Shown in pieces: positions 48,161 through 56,571 of a stretch of 64,000 nt of DNA. A program made the position numbers and the translations under genes. Each line of letters opens with the position of its first letter. The stretch's first letter is position 1. The DNA is from an uncultured delta proteobacterium (GTDB lineage: Bacteria > Desulfobacterota > Binatia > Binatales > Binataceae): positions 576,001 through 640,000 of the forward strand of contig CAWJET010000002.1 of NCBI GenBank assembly GCA_963842085.1, given 5' to 3'. The notes beneath the pieces were generated by a model that searched no databases, had not been told where the DNA came from, and worked only from the letters and a program-made list of their open reading frames with translations.

Positions 48161-48208
48161 CCCGAAAATTCTGGACGCGGAATGACGTGGCGACCGATTG
48201 GGATCGGC

Positions 48209-48247
48209 GGTCAAAGGCGAAGCCCCCCTGTTCGTTCGCCTTCGACC
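48209..48247. other. Intergenic hairpin, 13-bp stem with one mismatch
   Basis: GGTCAAAGGCGAA / TTCGCCTTCGACC; no U-tract. Confidence 0.5.
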
Positions 48248-48660
48248 TGTCAAGGAGTGTCGTAATCGGTAAAATTTATCGTTTTCGGCTGACTCGTGGT
48301 GTCATTAGCAGAGTCAGATTGTTATCGCAAGCGGAAGCCCGCTATGTGTTCTTTTAACTCTTGCAACGCCGAGATTTGTCGGTGTGGACTTTATGTTCAT
48401 ACCTATGAGACTGTTGGTGATGGCGCGGAAAGCTCAAACGTTCGCTCAGCCATATATATATTGGCCGAAGAAGGATCCTTGAAACCGGGCCACGCAAAGT
48501 CGGCCGCAGCGCAATTTGACGCATGAAGAAACAGCAATGGAACCGCATCAATCGTGCGGAACCGATTTTGCCTTTCACTACCGATCGGCCAGAGTTTTTA
48601 CGATCTGACTGGTAACGTCCACTACGCAACCCGATGGGAACTACTGGCGGAACACGAACT

Positions 48661-49095
48661 ATGAAAAAAGAAACTCTCGGTCAGGTCCTCAAGCAGAGGC
48701 GCGGCGCTTACGGCTACACCCAGCGTGAACTCGCGCGCAAACTCGGCGTCAAGGCCAGCCACATCGCATACCTCGAAAACGGACGGCGCCGCCCTTCCCT
48801 GTCGCTGCTGTCGCGGATTGCGGATACGCTCGAGCTCGACAAGCAGCGCTTGTTCCTGCTGGCGCATCCCGAGGCGCATTGGATAGTCAGTGAGCGCCGC
48901 GAGTCCTCACCCGCCAAGGGCCGCGACGACTCATGGCGCAAGTTTGCGCGCGATCGCGGGACGCTGGCGCGTCACAAGGTAAGCGAGCGAGAACTCAAGG
49001 TCCTGAAGAACGTAAACATGCTTGGCCGGGTGTCGTCGCCGGGTCAGTTCCTGTTCATCCTGAACGCGATTCGCCAGGCCGTCGAAGAAGAATAG
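48661..49095 (+). CDS. XRE-family HTH transcriptional regulator
   Basis: TQRELARKLGVKASHIAYLENGRRRPS. Confidence 0.88.
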   Translation: MKKETLGQVLKQRRGAYGYTQRELARKLGVKASHIAYLENGRRRPSLSLLSRIADTLELDKQRLFLLAHPEAHWIVSERRESSPAKGRDDSWRKFARDRGTLARHKVSERELKVLKNVNMLGRVSSPGQFLFILNAIRQAVEEE

Positions 49096-49111
49096 CCGAG
49101 TCTTGCGCGCG

Positions 49112-49954
49112 TCAACTGCCCTTGGGCGGCGGCACGCCGATTCCCTTGAGGAATTCGCTGCGCGCCGTCATCGGGTCGCGCGCGACCGCTTGGTTGTAGG
49201 CGGTCATCAGCGTTCGCGCGTCCTGCGAGCACATCAGCTGTGTCATTTCCATCCGCTCGACGTAGAGTCCGGATTCGAGATCGCGATCGGCGCCCACATA
49301 AACCGCGCGCTTGATCGCGGCGACGGCTCGCGGCGAACGGCTGGCCAGCGTGCGCGCCCATTCCATCGCGAACGGCATCAGCTTTTCCGGCGCGAGCACG
49401 CGGTTCACCATGCCCATCTTCTCGGCGTCGCGGGGGCTGTACACGTTGCCGAACATCAGCACCTCGAGCGCTCTGCCGCGCCCGATGAGCCGCGGCAGGC
49501 GCTGCGTGCCGCCACCGCCGGGTAGAATTCCCAGGACCGCCTCCGGCAGCCCGATCTGGTAGGGGCCATCGGCCGCCAGACGAAAGTCGCACGCCAGTGC
49601 GAGTTCATAGCCGCCGCCCATGCAATCGCCGTTGATCGCCGCGATGACCGCCTTGGGCATCAACATGATCCGGTCGAGCATGCGATGGAACCCCGCCGAC
49701 GCGGCGGGGAAAATCTGCGCGCACGCCGCCGGGTCGGCCGCCATCGCGGCCAGCTCGTCCACGCTGTAGTGCGTGATGAATTTCCCGTCGATTCCGCCGG
49801 TGAGAATAATCGCGCGCGTGTTGGCGTCGCTTTCGGCGCGGCCGACCAGCTCCAGCAGTTCCTGCGACATCGGCGCGGTCATGTAGTTCATCGGTGGATT
49901 GCCGATGGTCCAAACCTGAACGTGGTCGCGCTGCTCGACGGTAAAGTGTTTCAT
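49112..49954 (-). CDS. Enoyl-CoA hydratase/isomerase
   Basis: NPPMN, GGGYELALACD, GLPE..LGILPGGGGTQRL. Confidence 0.9.
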   Translation of the reverse strand: MKHFTVEQRDHVQVWTIGNPPMNYMTAPMSQELLELVGRAESDANTRAIILTGGIDGKFITHYSVDELAAMAADPAACAQIFPAASAGFHRMLDRIMLMPKAVIAAINGDCMGGGYELALACDFRLAADGPYQIGLPEAVLGILPGGGGTQRLPRLIGRGRALEVLMFGNVYSPRDAEKMGMVNRVLAPEKLMPFAMEWARTLASRSPRAVAAIKRAVYVGADRDLESGLYVERMEMTQLMCSQDARTLMTAYNQAVARDPMTARSEFLKGIGVPPPKGS

Positions 49955-50108
49955 CGTTCGTTCTCCACAAACCGGCGAGTAACCCCGGCCGCTTGCAATG
50001 TCAACCCGCCGCATCCTTTCTTATCATTGGTGCAGGGGGGCACCGATGCTGACCCGTTGAGGAGGCACATGCGATGGTTTAGGCTCTGGTGATGGAAGTG
50101 CATTTTCG

Positions 50109-50372
50109 ATGAAGATCGATATCGACCTCAAGTCCGGATTTCTGCAGAGCCTCAAGCGCGAAGTGCTCGACTCGCTCAACACGGAAGAGCGCGCGATCAT
50201 CGAGGTCTCCACCGGCGAGATGGGCAACAAGCCCGACGCGGTCAAGCTCGGATGGCTCAAGATGCGGACCAAGGAGAGCTGGACCAAGCAGCGCTACACC
50301 AAGGCGCTTGGCCGCACGATGGAAAAGTTGCGCGAAGCAGTCGCGCAGGCCGAGAAGAACAAGCGCGACTGA
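50109..50372 (+). CDS. Small hypothetical protein
   Basis: 87 aa, strong GC3 codon bias, fills the gap. Confidence 0.7.
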   Translation: MKIDIDLKSGFLQSLKREVLDSLNTEERAIIEVSTGEMGNKPDAVKLGWLKMRTKESWTKQRYTKALGRTMEKLREAVAQAEKNKRD

Positions 50373-50389
50373 GCGCGCTGGCCGCCCCG

Positions 50390-51589
50390 TCAGGGCTCGA
50401 TCCGCGCCACCCGGCGTTTGCCCACTTCGAGCACCTTGTGCTCGCCCGGCACGAAGCGAAAATTCACGTCGGTTACGGTGCGCCCATCCACCCGCACCGC
50501 GCCCTGGCTCACCAGGCGCCGCGCCTCGCTGGTCGAAGGCGTGAACTGTAACTGCTTCATCAGCTCGCAAATCCACAAGTCCTCTGCGATTCGATACACC
50601 TGCGCGCTGGCGGGAATTTCGCGGCGCTGGAACTTGCTCTCGAAGTATTGCTCGGCGCGAGCGGCGGCAGCTTCGCCGTGGTATTCGGCGACGAGCGTGC
50701 GGGCGAGGCGCTTCTTCGCTTCCATAGGATGCAATCCGCCCGACTTGACCGCCGCGATCTCTTCGGGCGTCGCGTTAGTGAGCAGCTCGTAATAACGAAC
50801 CATCAGTTGATCGGGCACCGACATCAGCTTGCCGTACATGTCCTCGGACTTGTCGGTCAGGCCGACGTAGTTTCCGAGCGACTTGGACATTTTGCGCACG
50901 CCGTCGAGGCCTTCGAGCAGCGGCATCGTCATCACCGCTTGCGGTGCCTGTCCGAAGTGTCGTTGCAGCTCGCGGCCGACCAGCATGTTGAACTTCTGAT
51001 CGGTGCCGCCGATCTCGAGGTCGGCTTCCAGCGCGACCGAATCGTAGCCCTGGATCACAGGATAAAGCAGTTCGTGCAGGAACAGCGGCTCCTCGGCCGA
51101 GAGCCGCTGCTCGAAATCGTCGCGCTCGAGCAGGCGGGCGACGCTCACCTTGGCTGCAATCTCGATCAGGCGGCGCACTCCCAATTCATTCATCCACTCG
51201 CTGTTGAAGCGGACCTCGGTCCTTTCGCGATCGAGAATCTTGAAAGCCTGGGTGCGGTAGGTCTCCGCGTTGCGCTCGATCTGCTCGCGCGTCAGCGGCT
51301 TGCGGGTCTCGGAGCGCCCGGTGGGATCGCCGATCATCGCGGTGAAGTCGCCTACCAGGAAAATCACGGTATGGCCCGCATTCTGAAAGTCGCGCAGCTT
51401 CTTGAGCGTCAGGCTGTGACCGAGATGCAAGTCGGGCGCGGTCGGATCCATCCCGAGCTTGATCCTGAGCGGCCGGCCAAGCGTGATCTTCGCGGCAAGT
51501 TCCGCCGGAGAAATAACCTCGACCGTGCCGCGAGCGAGCGCTGCGGCCTGTTCATTCGCCTGACTTTCGTTCACCTTCCGCTTCGCCAA
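50390..51589 (-). CDS. tyrS: Tyrosyl-tRNA synthetase
   Basis: DPTAPDLHLGH, GGTDQ, KMSKS, C-terminal S4 domain. Confidence 0.97.
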   Translation of the reverse strand: MAKRKVNESQANEQAAALARGTVEVISPAELAAKITLGRPLRIKLGMDPTAPDLHLGHSLTLKKLRDFQNAGHTVIFLVGDFTAMIGDPTGRSETRKPLTREQIERNAETYRTQAFKILDRERTEVRFNSEWMNELGVRRLIEIAAKVSVARLLERDDFEQRLSAEEPLFLHELLYPVIQGYDSVALEADLEIGGTDQKFNMLVGRELQRHFGQAPQAVMTMPLLEGLDGVRKMSKSLGNYVGLTDKSEDMYGKLMSVPDQLMVRYYELLTNATPEEIAAVKSGGLHPMEAKKRLARTLVAEYHGEAAAARAEQYFESKFQRREIPASAQVYRIAEDLWICELMKQLQFTPSTSEARRLVSQGAVRVDGRTVTDVNFRFVPGEHKVLEVGKRRVARIEP

Positions 51590-51687
51590 TTCCGTTCGCC
51601 GAAGACTCCGATGGCTCTCAAGCGTACAGGAATTTCGACGGCGCGGAATAGCCCGCCCCCCACTCAGATCGGATTCGCGGGCGCGGA

Positions 51688-52178
51688 TTACCCGCGATTC
51701 GCCGCCCGGCTGCCGTGAAGATGCTCCTGCTTGACAACGGTCCGAATGCGACGGCGCCGTTCGCGCACGCGTTGCAGCCGGCGCACGGGAATCATGCCCA
51801 GGCTGCGCAGACCTCGTTTCGCCACACCCAGTGCGTGCTCGTGGATCATCGCGATCTCACGCAGCCGAAACTGATGGTCCGGGAACTCCAGCCTGCCTGC
51901 CTTGCACACGTGCGCGAAGTCCGCCGATGCACGCCGAAGCCGGTCGGTCCGTAGATCTCGCTGAGCAGCCACAGCGCGATCTCGTCGAGACCGCGCATGC
52001 ACCATCCGATACATTGGTAATCATCGATCGCGTTGGCAGCTACCGTGCATGCGTCCGCCGGCAGTTCGTCCGCCACCAGGCGTCTGGTCCGTCCGCTGTG
52101 AAGCAGTTCGCGCAAGCGGAAATAGAAGCGCAGAGCGTCCTCCGCTCTGCTGAAGCGGGTTTGGTTTTCGTCACACAT
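51688..52178 (-). pseudogene. Hypothetical gene apparently split by a 1-nt frameshift near 51918 (or a sequencing error)
   Basis: ORF 52178 reads protein-like to ..FGVHRRT; the overlapping frame continues FAHVCKAGRLEF..; adding one T (ACTTC to ACTTTC) joins them. Confidence 0.55.
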
Positions 52179-52354
52179 GGGCTGCCCCCTACCCTTGGAT
52201 GCAAACTTGTGAGACCGCCACGTCGCGCGTGTCTGACGAGGGACCGGTGTCTCATGCTCTAGCGCGGGGTGCGCAGATCTGTCAACAGAATGATTAGTCT
52301 TTGAGACAACTTGTTATATTTTGGCGCACCGAGTCGGAGTTCGCCCAATGAACC

Positions 52355-53041
52355 CTAGCCGCGTTGATTGTAACGATTCATCGCGGCTTCGAGTCCACGC
52401 TCCGCGATCGCCTCGACTGCATTGGCTGCGCGTTCCAGGAGCGGTGCGAGCGCCTGTCTTTCGGAGGTGGTCATCGGACGGAGCAGGTAGTCCTTGTTCT
52501 CTTCGGTCTTCGGCTGCCGACCGGGTTCCATCTCAGTGGTAAACCCCGGCGGCCGGCCGATTCCGATCCTGATCCGGATAAAATCCGTCGTTCCAAGCGA
52601 CTCCGCGATCGAACGAACGCCGCGGTTGCCGGCATCGCCGCCGCCCTGCTTGATCCTGAGCCGCCCTGCCTCGAGGTCGAGCTCGTCATGCACGACGATC
52701 AGGCGCGCGGGAGCAACTTTGAAATATCCGAGCAGGTCCGAAACGCACTCACCGCTGAGATTGTAATAAGTCTGCGGTTTGACCAGCAGCGCGGGCTTTT
52801 CGGCCAGTGCGACTTCAGCCGTGACGCCTTTGAATCTGCGCCGTCCGAATTCGACGCCTTTCGCTTTTGCGATTCGATCGATCGTCATGAATCCCGCGTT
52901 ATGACGCGAGCGCGAGTATTCCTCGCCGGGATTTCCCAGCCCGGCGACTACCCATTGAATCGATGGGCGCGATTCGGACTCGGATTTCTTGCCGCGGGAC
53001 GAACGGAAACTTCCGAACAGACGCTTGATCGCCGCCATCAA
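52355..53041 (-). CDS. pth: Peptidyl-tRNA hydrolase
   Basis: GLGNPG, RHNAGF, KPQTYYNLSG, HDELD, RIRIGIGRP. Confidence 0.93.
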   Translation of the reverse strand: MMAAIKRLFGSFRSSRGKKSESESRPSIQWVVAGLGNPGEEYSRSRHNAGFMTIDRIAKAKGVEFGRRRFKGVTAEVALAEKPALLVKPQTYYNLSGECVSDLLGYFKVAPARLIVVHDELDLEAGRLRIKQGGGDAGNRGVRSIAESLGTTDFIRIRIGIGRPPGFTTEMEPGRQPKTEENKDYLLRPMTTSERQALAPLLERAANAVEAIAERGLEAAMNRYNQRG

Positions 53042-53052
53042 ATTCTACCGGC

Positions 53053-54138
53053 TCACGTATCGATGCGGCGTTTCGATTTCGATGGAGTTGCGCGGACCAG
53101 CGGTGCGAGCGCCTTGAACAGCGCGTCCATCTCGGCACGAGTGCCAATCGAGATTCTGAGAGCGTCCTGAAGCAGCGGTGTCGCGAAATGCCGCACCAGG
53201 ATTCCGGCCCGGCGCAAACCGCGCGTGACCGGCGCCATGTCGCGCCCCGGCATCCGCGCCAGCACGAAGTTCGCCTGCGACGGCGGCACTACGAAGCCGA
53301 GCTTGCGCAGCCGCACCTCGGTCGTGGCGCGCGTGCGGATCACTTTGGCGACATTGCGGCGCATCCAGGCGGAGTCGCGCAGCGCTTCGGCGCCGGCAGC
53401 TAGCGCGACCCGGCTCAAGTTGTACGAATCCTTGACCTTCATCAGCGCGTCGATCACCGGCGGATGCGCAAAGCACAGGCCCAGCCGCATCCCGGCAAGC
53501 GAATAGGACTTCGACAGCGTGCGCAGAACCACGACGTTGCGATGGCGCCGGACCAGGCCGAGTGCATTCTCGGCGGCGAAATCCACGTACGCCTCGTCGA
53601 TCACGAGCAATCGATTGCCCAGGCGTTTCGCCAGCGCGCCGAGGCTGCGGGTGGGCGTCAGCGTACCCGACGGCGAATTGGGACTGCACACTATCGTGAG
53701 ATTGGCGCGCGCCCGGGCGAGCGCGTCGAGTGGCAGCTCAAAGTCGGCGCCGAGCGGGAAGTGGAGGATTCGCGCCTCCTGCACAAGCGCCAGTGTGTCG
53801 TAGAGCGAATAGGTCGGGACCGGATAGGCGACAGTGTCGCCGCTTCCGAGCGTCGCCCGAAAGACCATCGCGAGCAGTTCATCCGAGCCGTTGCCCGCGA
53901 GGATCATGCTTCGCGGTATCGAGTAGATTTTCGCGGCGCTCGCCACGAATTCATCGGCGCGCGGCGCCGGATACAGCCGCAGCGCCGATCCCGCCATCGC
54001 TTTCGCCACGGCGCGGCGCACCCGCGGCGACGGCGGATATGGGTTTTCATTGGTGTTGAGCTTGATCAGGCGCTGGCCCGCACGCGGCTGTTCGCCGGGC
54101 CGATACGGCGCCATCTTTTTGATCGATTCGCGGAACAT
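53053..54138 (-). CDS. hisC: Histidinol-phosphate aminotransferase
   Basis: KLNTNENPY, GNGSDE, PNSPSG, DEAYVDF, RTLSKSYSLAGMRLG. Confidence 0.93.
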   Translation of the reverse strand: MFRESIKKMAPYRPGEQPRAGQRLIKLNTNENPYPPSPRVRRAVAKAMAGSALRLYPAPRADEFVASAAKIYSIPRSMILAGNGSDELLAMVFRATLGSGDTVAYPVPTYSLYDTLALVQEARILHFPLGADFELPLDALARARANLTIVCSPNSPSGTLTPTRSLGALAKRLGNRLLVIDEAYVDFAAENALGLVRRHRNVVVLRTLSKSYSLAGMRLGLCFAHPPVIDALMKVKDSYNLSRVALAAGAEALRDSAWMRRNVAKVIRTRATTEVRLRKLGFVVPPSQANFVLARMPGRDMAPVTRGLRRAGILVRHFATPLLQDALRISIGTRAEMDALFKALAPLVRATPSKSKRRIDT

Positions 54139-54145
54139 GCGTGAA

Positions 54146-55189
54146 TTATGAATCGAGCGGCAGCTTGATTCGACTGCCGGTACGCGACGAACGATAACAA
54201 GCCTCGATCGCTTCGACCGCGCGCAATCCGTCTATCCCGTCGGGCCAAGGTCTCACCCGGCCTTCAATCGCACCCACGAAGTTTGCGGCGAGTTCCCGCG
54301 ACGGAGCGAGCAGATCGCGCGGCTCGAAACGACTCATCACCTCTTCGCGCGAGAATCCCGGCGCCGGACTGCCGTCGGCTTTCAGGATCGAGATGTCGTT
54401 GCGCGGATAGCCTGCCATCACCCTGCCCTCACTGCCGTAGATCTCGATCGCCGACAGTGGCGGCATGCTGCTCCAACTCGCCTCGACGACGCCGAGCGCG
54501 CCCGACTTGAAATGGATAACCATCGCGCCCGTGTCATCGACTTCGATCTGTTTGGCCAGGATGCCCACCTGTCCGGAGACGGAATCGATCTCACCCATGA
54601 ACCAGATCGCGAGGTCGGCGACATGCACGCCAAGATCGAGCATCGCGCCACCGCCCGCTTCCAAAGCCGTCGTGAACCACGTCTGTCCCGGCGCCCACGC
54701 CTGTGGACCTCCGTGCGAAAGGCGCGCACGGATAAAATTGGGCTTGCCGATTGCTCCGCTGGTAAGGGCGTCCTTGATAGCGCGCTCGACTCCGCCATAG
54801 CGCCGCTGCATCGCGACCATCAGGACCCGCCGCGCCTTCGCCGCTGCATCGACCATCTGCCGCGCGGCAGCGGCGGTAGGCGCCATCGGCTTTTCCACGA
54901 GCACGTGTGCGCCCGCGCTAAGAGCCTTCAGAGTAAACTCGCAATGCAAATAGTTCGGCGTGAAGATTCCGACCGCGTCGGGCCGCTCGCGCGCCAGCAT
55001 TTCGTCGAAATCGGAATAGACGCTCGGCCGGCCTGCGTCGTCCGGCCAAATCGCCCGTGCAACCCGCTCCGCTTTGTCGGCAGTGCGGCTCTGTAGCGCG
55101 ACGATTTGAGCGTCGGTGACACTCCGGAGTGCCGGGATGTGCGCGCGTTCGGCAATCGCACCAGCGCCCGCAATCGCGATCCTGATCAT
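54146..55189 (-). CDS. Gfo/Idh/MocA family oxidoreductase
   Basis: GAGAIA, TPNYLH, EKP, GGGAMLDLGVH; ATGA overlap with cutA. Confidence 0.9.
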   Translation of the reverse strand: MIRIAIAGAGAIAERAHIPALRSVTDAQIVALQSRTADKAERVARAIWPDDAGRPSVYSDFDEMLARERPDAVGIFTPNYLHCEFTLKALSAGAHVLVEKPMAPTAAAARQMVDAAAKARRVLMVAMQRRYGGVERAIKDALTSGAIGKPNFIRARLSHGGPQAWAPGQTWFTTALEAGGGAMLDLGVHVADLAIWFMGEIDSVSGQVGILAKQIEVDDTGAMVIHFKSGALGVVEASWSSMPPLSAIEIYGSEGRVMAGYPRNDISILKADGSPAPGFSREEVMSRFEPRDLLAPSRELAANFVGAIEGRVRPWPDGIDGLRAVEAIEACYRSSRTGSRIKLPLDS

Positions 55190-55575
55190 CGGGAGCGTCC
55201 AGGTCGGCGTTTCGGCGGATTTCTGATCGCGTGCACGCCAGGCGGCCGGGTCGAATCGAGCAGCCACTGTATGTACGGCGGCGAGCCGCGGTCCGCGTTC
55301 AGCGACAGGACTTCGGGCACCTCGTAGGTATGCATCTCGCGAACGCGCGTCTCCACCTTCATGTAGAGTGTCGCGCGAGTCTTGATAATCAGCAGGTATT
55401 CGCTTTCGTCTTCGACCGCGTCGCGCCATCGATAAATGGATCGCACCGGTCCGACGATATTTACGCAGGCGGCCAGCCTCTCGCCGACCAGCACGCGCGC
55501 GATTGCGAGCGCCTGGTCCTCGCTGGCCGTAGTCACGAGAATCGCCTTCATGCGATGGGGGGTTCGCAGCGGCAT
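55186..55575 (-). CDS. cutA: Divalent-cation tolerance protein CutA
   Basis: LAACVN, SIYRW, HTYEVPE. Confidence 0.92.
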   Translation of the reverse strand: MPLRTPHRMKAILVTTASEDQALAIARVLVGERLAACVNIVGPVRSIYRWRDAVEDESEYLLIIKTRATLYMKVETRVREMHTYEVPEVLSLNADRGSPPYIQWLLDSTRPPGVHAIRNPPKRRPGRSR

Positions 55576-55576
55576 C

Positions 55577-55825
55577 TCAGCCTCGCGGCTCGCGCGCCAG
55601 GCGTTTGCGCAACTCGGCCGGAGTGCATCGATACTTGAACGCCTTGCGGTCGTTAACGAACAGCACCGGCACTTCCAGTCCGAAGCGGGCTTCGAGGCCG
55701 GGGTCACCGTCGATTTCTATTCGCTGGATGCGCGCGTCGAATTTCGGGCCTTCGGCTGCAATTGTCTCTTCCATCTCGCGGCACAACGGGCAGTCGTTTC
55801 GGGTGTAGAGAGTGAGCTCGATCAT
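55577..55825 (-). CDS. Glutaredoxin-like protein (DUF836)
   Basis: LTLYTRNDCPLC, EVPVL. Confidence 0.85.
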   Translation of the reverse strand: MIELTLYTRNDCPLCREMEETIAAEGPKFDARIQRIEIDGDPGLEARFGLEVPVLFVNDRKAFKYRCTPAELRKRLAREPRG

Positions 55826-55860
55826 GGATCGGCGGTCGTCCTGCGTCGCATCGAGGTACT

Positions 55861-56571
55861 CTAGCGATCGTGGCGCAGGACTCCAAGCCGCATGAGCACC
55901 GATTCGGTCGCAGGGCACGGCGACGCGTATGCGCGACCACGCGCTCGCGCCAACATTCGCAAATGCGCCGCCAACAGGATTACGTCGGACCATCGATCGA
56001 CGTCGTACCACGCCGGACCCAGCGCGTACCGGATGCCCGCACGCTTCAGACGCTGCACGGTTGAATCGAAGACGCGGCCACTGCCCCAGCGAATCGCGGT
56101 GAAGATCGGAGGCATCGCGCCGCGCACGCCGAGAGCGTAGTAGCCGCCGTCGAGACTCGGCGCAATTACGACGCGGCTGCGCTGAAGTGCGCGCAGGCTG
56201 GCTGCCAGCAGCGCGGTCGGAAGAGAAGGCGTATCGGTGCCGATTAGCAGCGCGCCGTCGGATGAAAACGGCTCGAGCGCCCGCGCCATGCGTCTACCCA
56301 GCGACCCGTCTCCTTGATCGAGCAGGTCGGCGCTGAACTGCCGCGCCATCCGCCGGAAGTATTTGCTGCGCTCGGCGCGGCCCGGAGCACTCACCGCGAT
56401 CACGAGCCGCGCGGGACGAAGTGAGGCTGCCTTGGCCAGCGCGTCGCGAATGAACGCGTCGGACAATGCTGCAGCGGCAGCGGGCGTTATCGCTCCGAGC
56501 AAGCGGGTCTTCGCCTGGTGCGCGACAGGTTCGCGGCAAAATACAATCAGCGCCGGCCGCGTGAGTCTCAC
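55861..56571 (-). CDS. DUF2064/TIGR04282 family CofC-like glycosyltransferase
   Basis: KTRL, QGDGSLGRRM, IGTDTP, DGGYY, DVD. Confidence 0.88.
   Translation of the reverse strand: MRLTRPALIVFCREPVAHQAKTRLLGAITPAAAAALSDAFIRDALAKAASLRPARLVIAVSAPGRAERSKYFRRMARQFSADLLDQGDGSLGRRMARALEPFSSDGALLIGTDTPSLPTALLAASLRALQRSRVVIAPSLDGGYYALGVRGAMPPIFTAIRWGSGRVFDSTVQRLKRAGIRYALGPAWYDVDRWSDVILLAAHLRMLARARGRAYASPCPATESVLMRLGVLRHDR

Noticed and set aside
48481-48506. GAAA...ACGCAAAG resembling a c-di-GMP-I riboswitch core
   Set aside because: Upstream GGCAAA and the P2 pairing around GAAA are missing
48296-48629. Short ORFs (76 and 91 aa) in the AT-rich gap
   Set aside because: Atypical codon usage, no RBS or recognisable motifs
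51590-51690. Possible T-box leader before tyrS
   Set aside because: No T-box consensus or terminator/antiterminator seen
6337-55707. Extended N-termini in the ORF track (6337, 8603, 23740, 30596, 35508, 37504, 38517, 44719, 45501, 55429, 55707)
   Set aside because: They overlap neighbours or promoters and precede the family N-terminus; downstream starts were used
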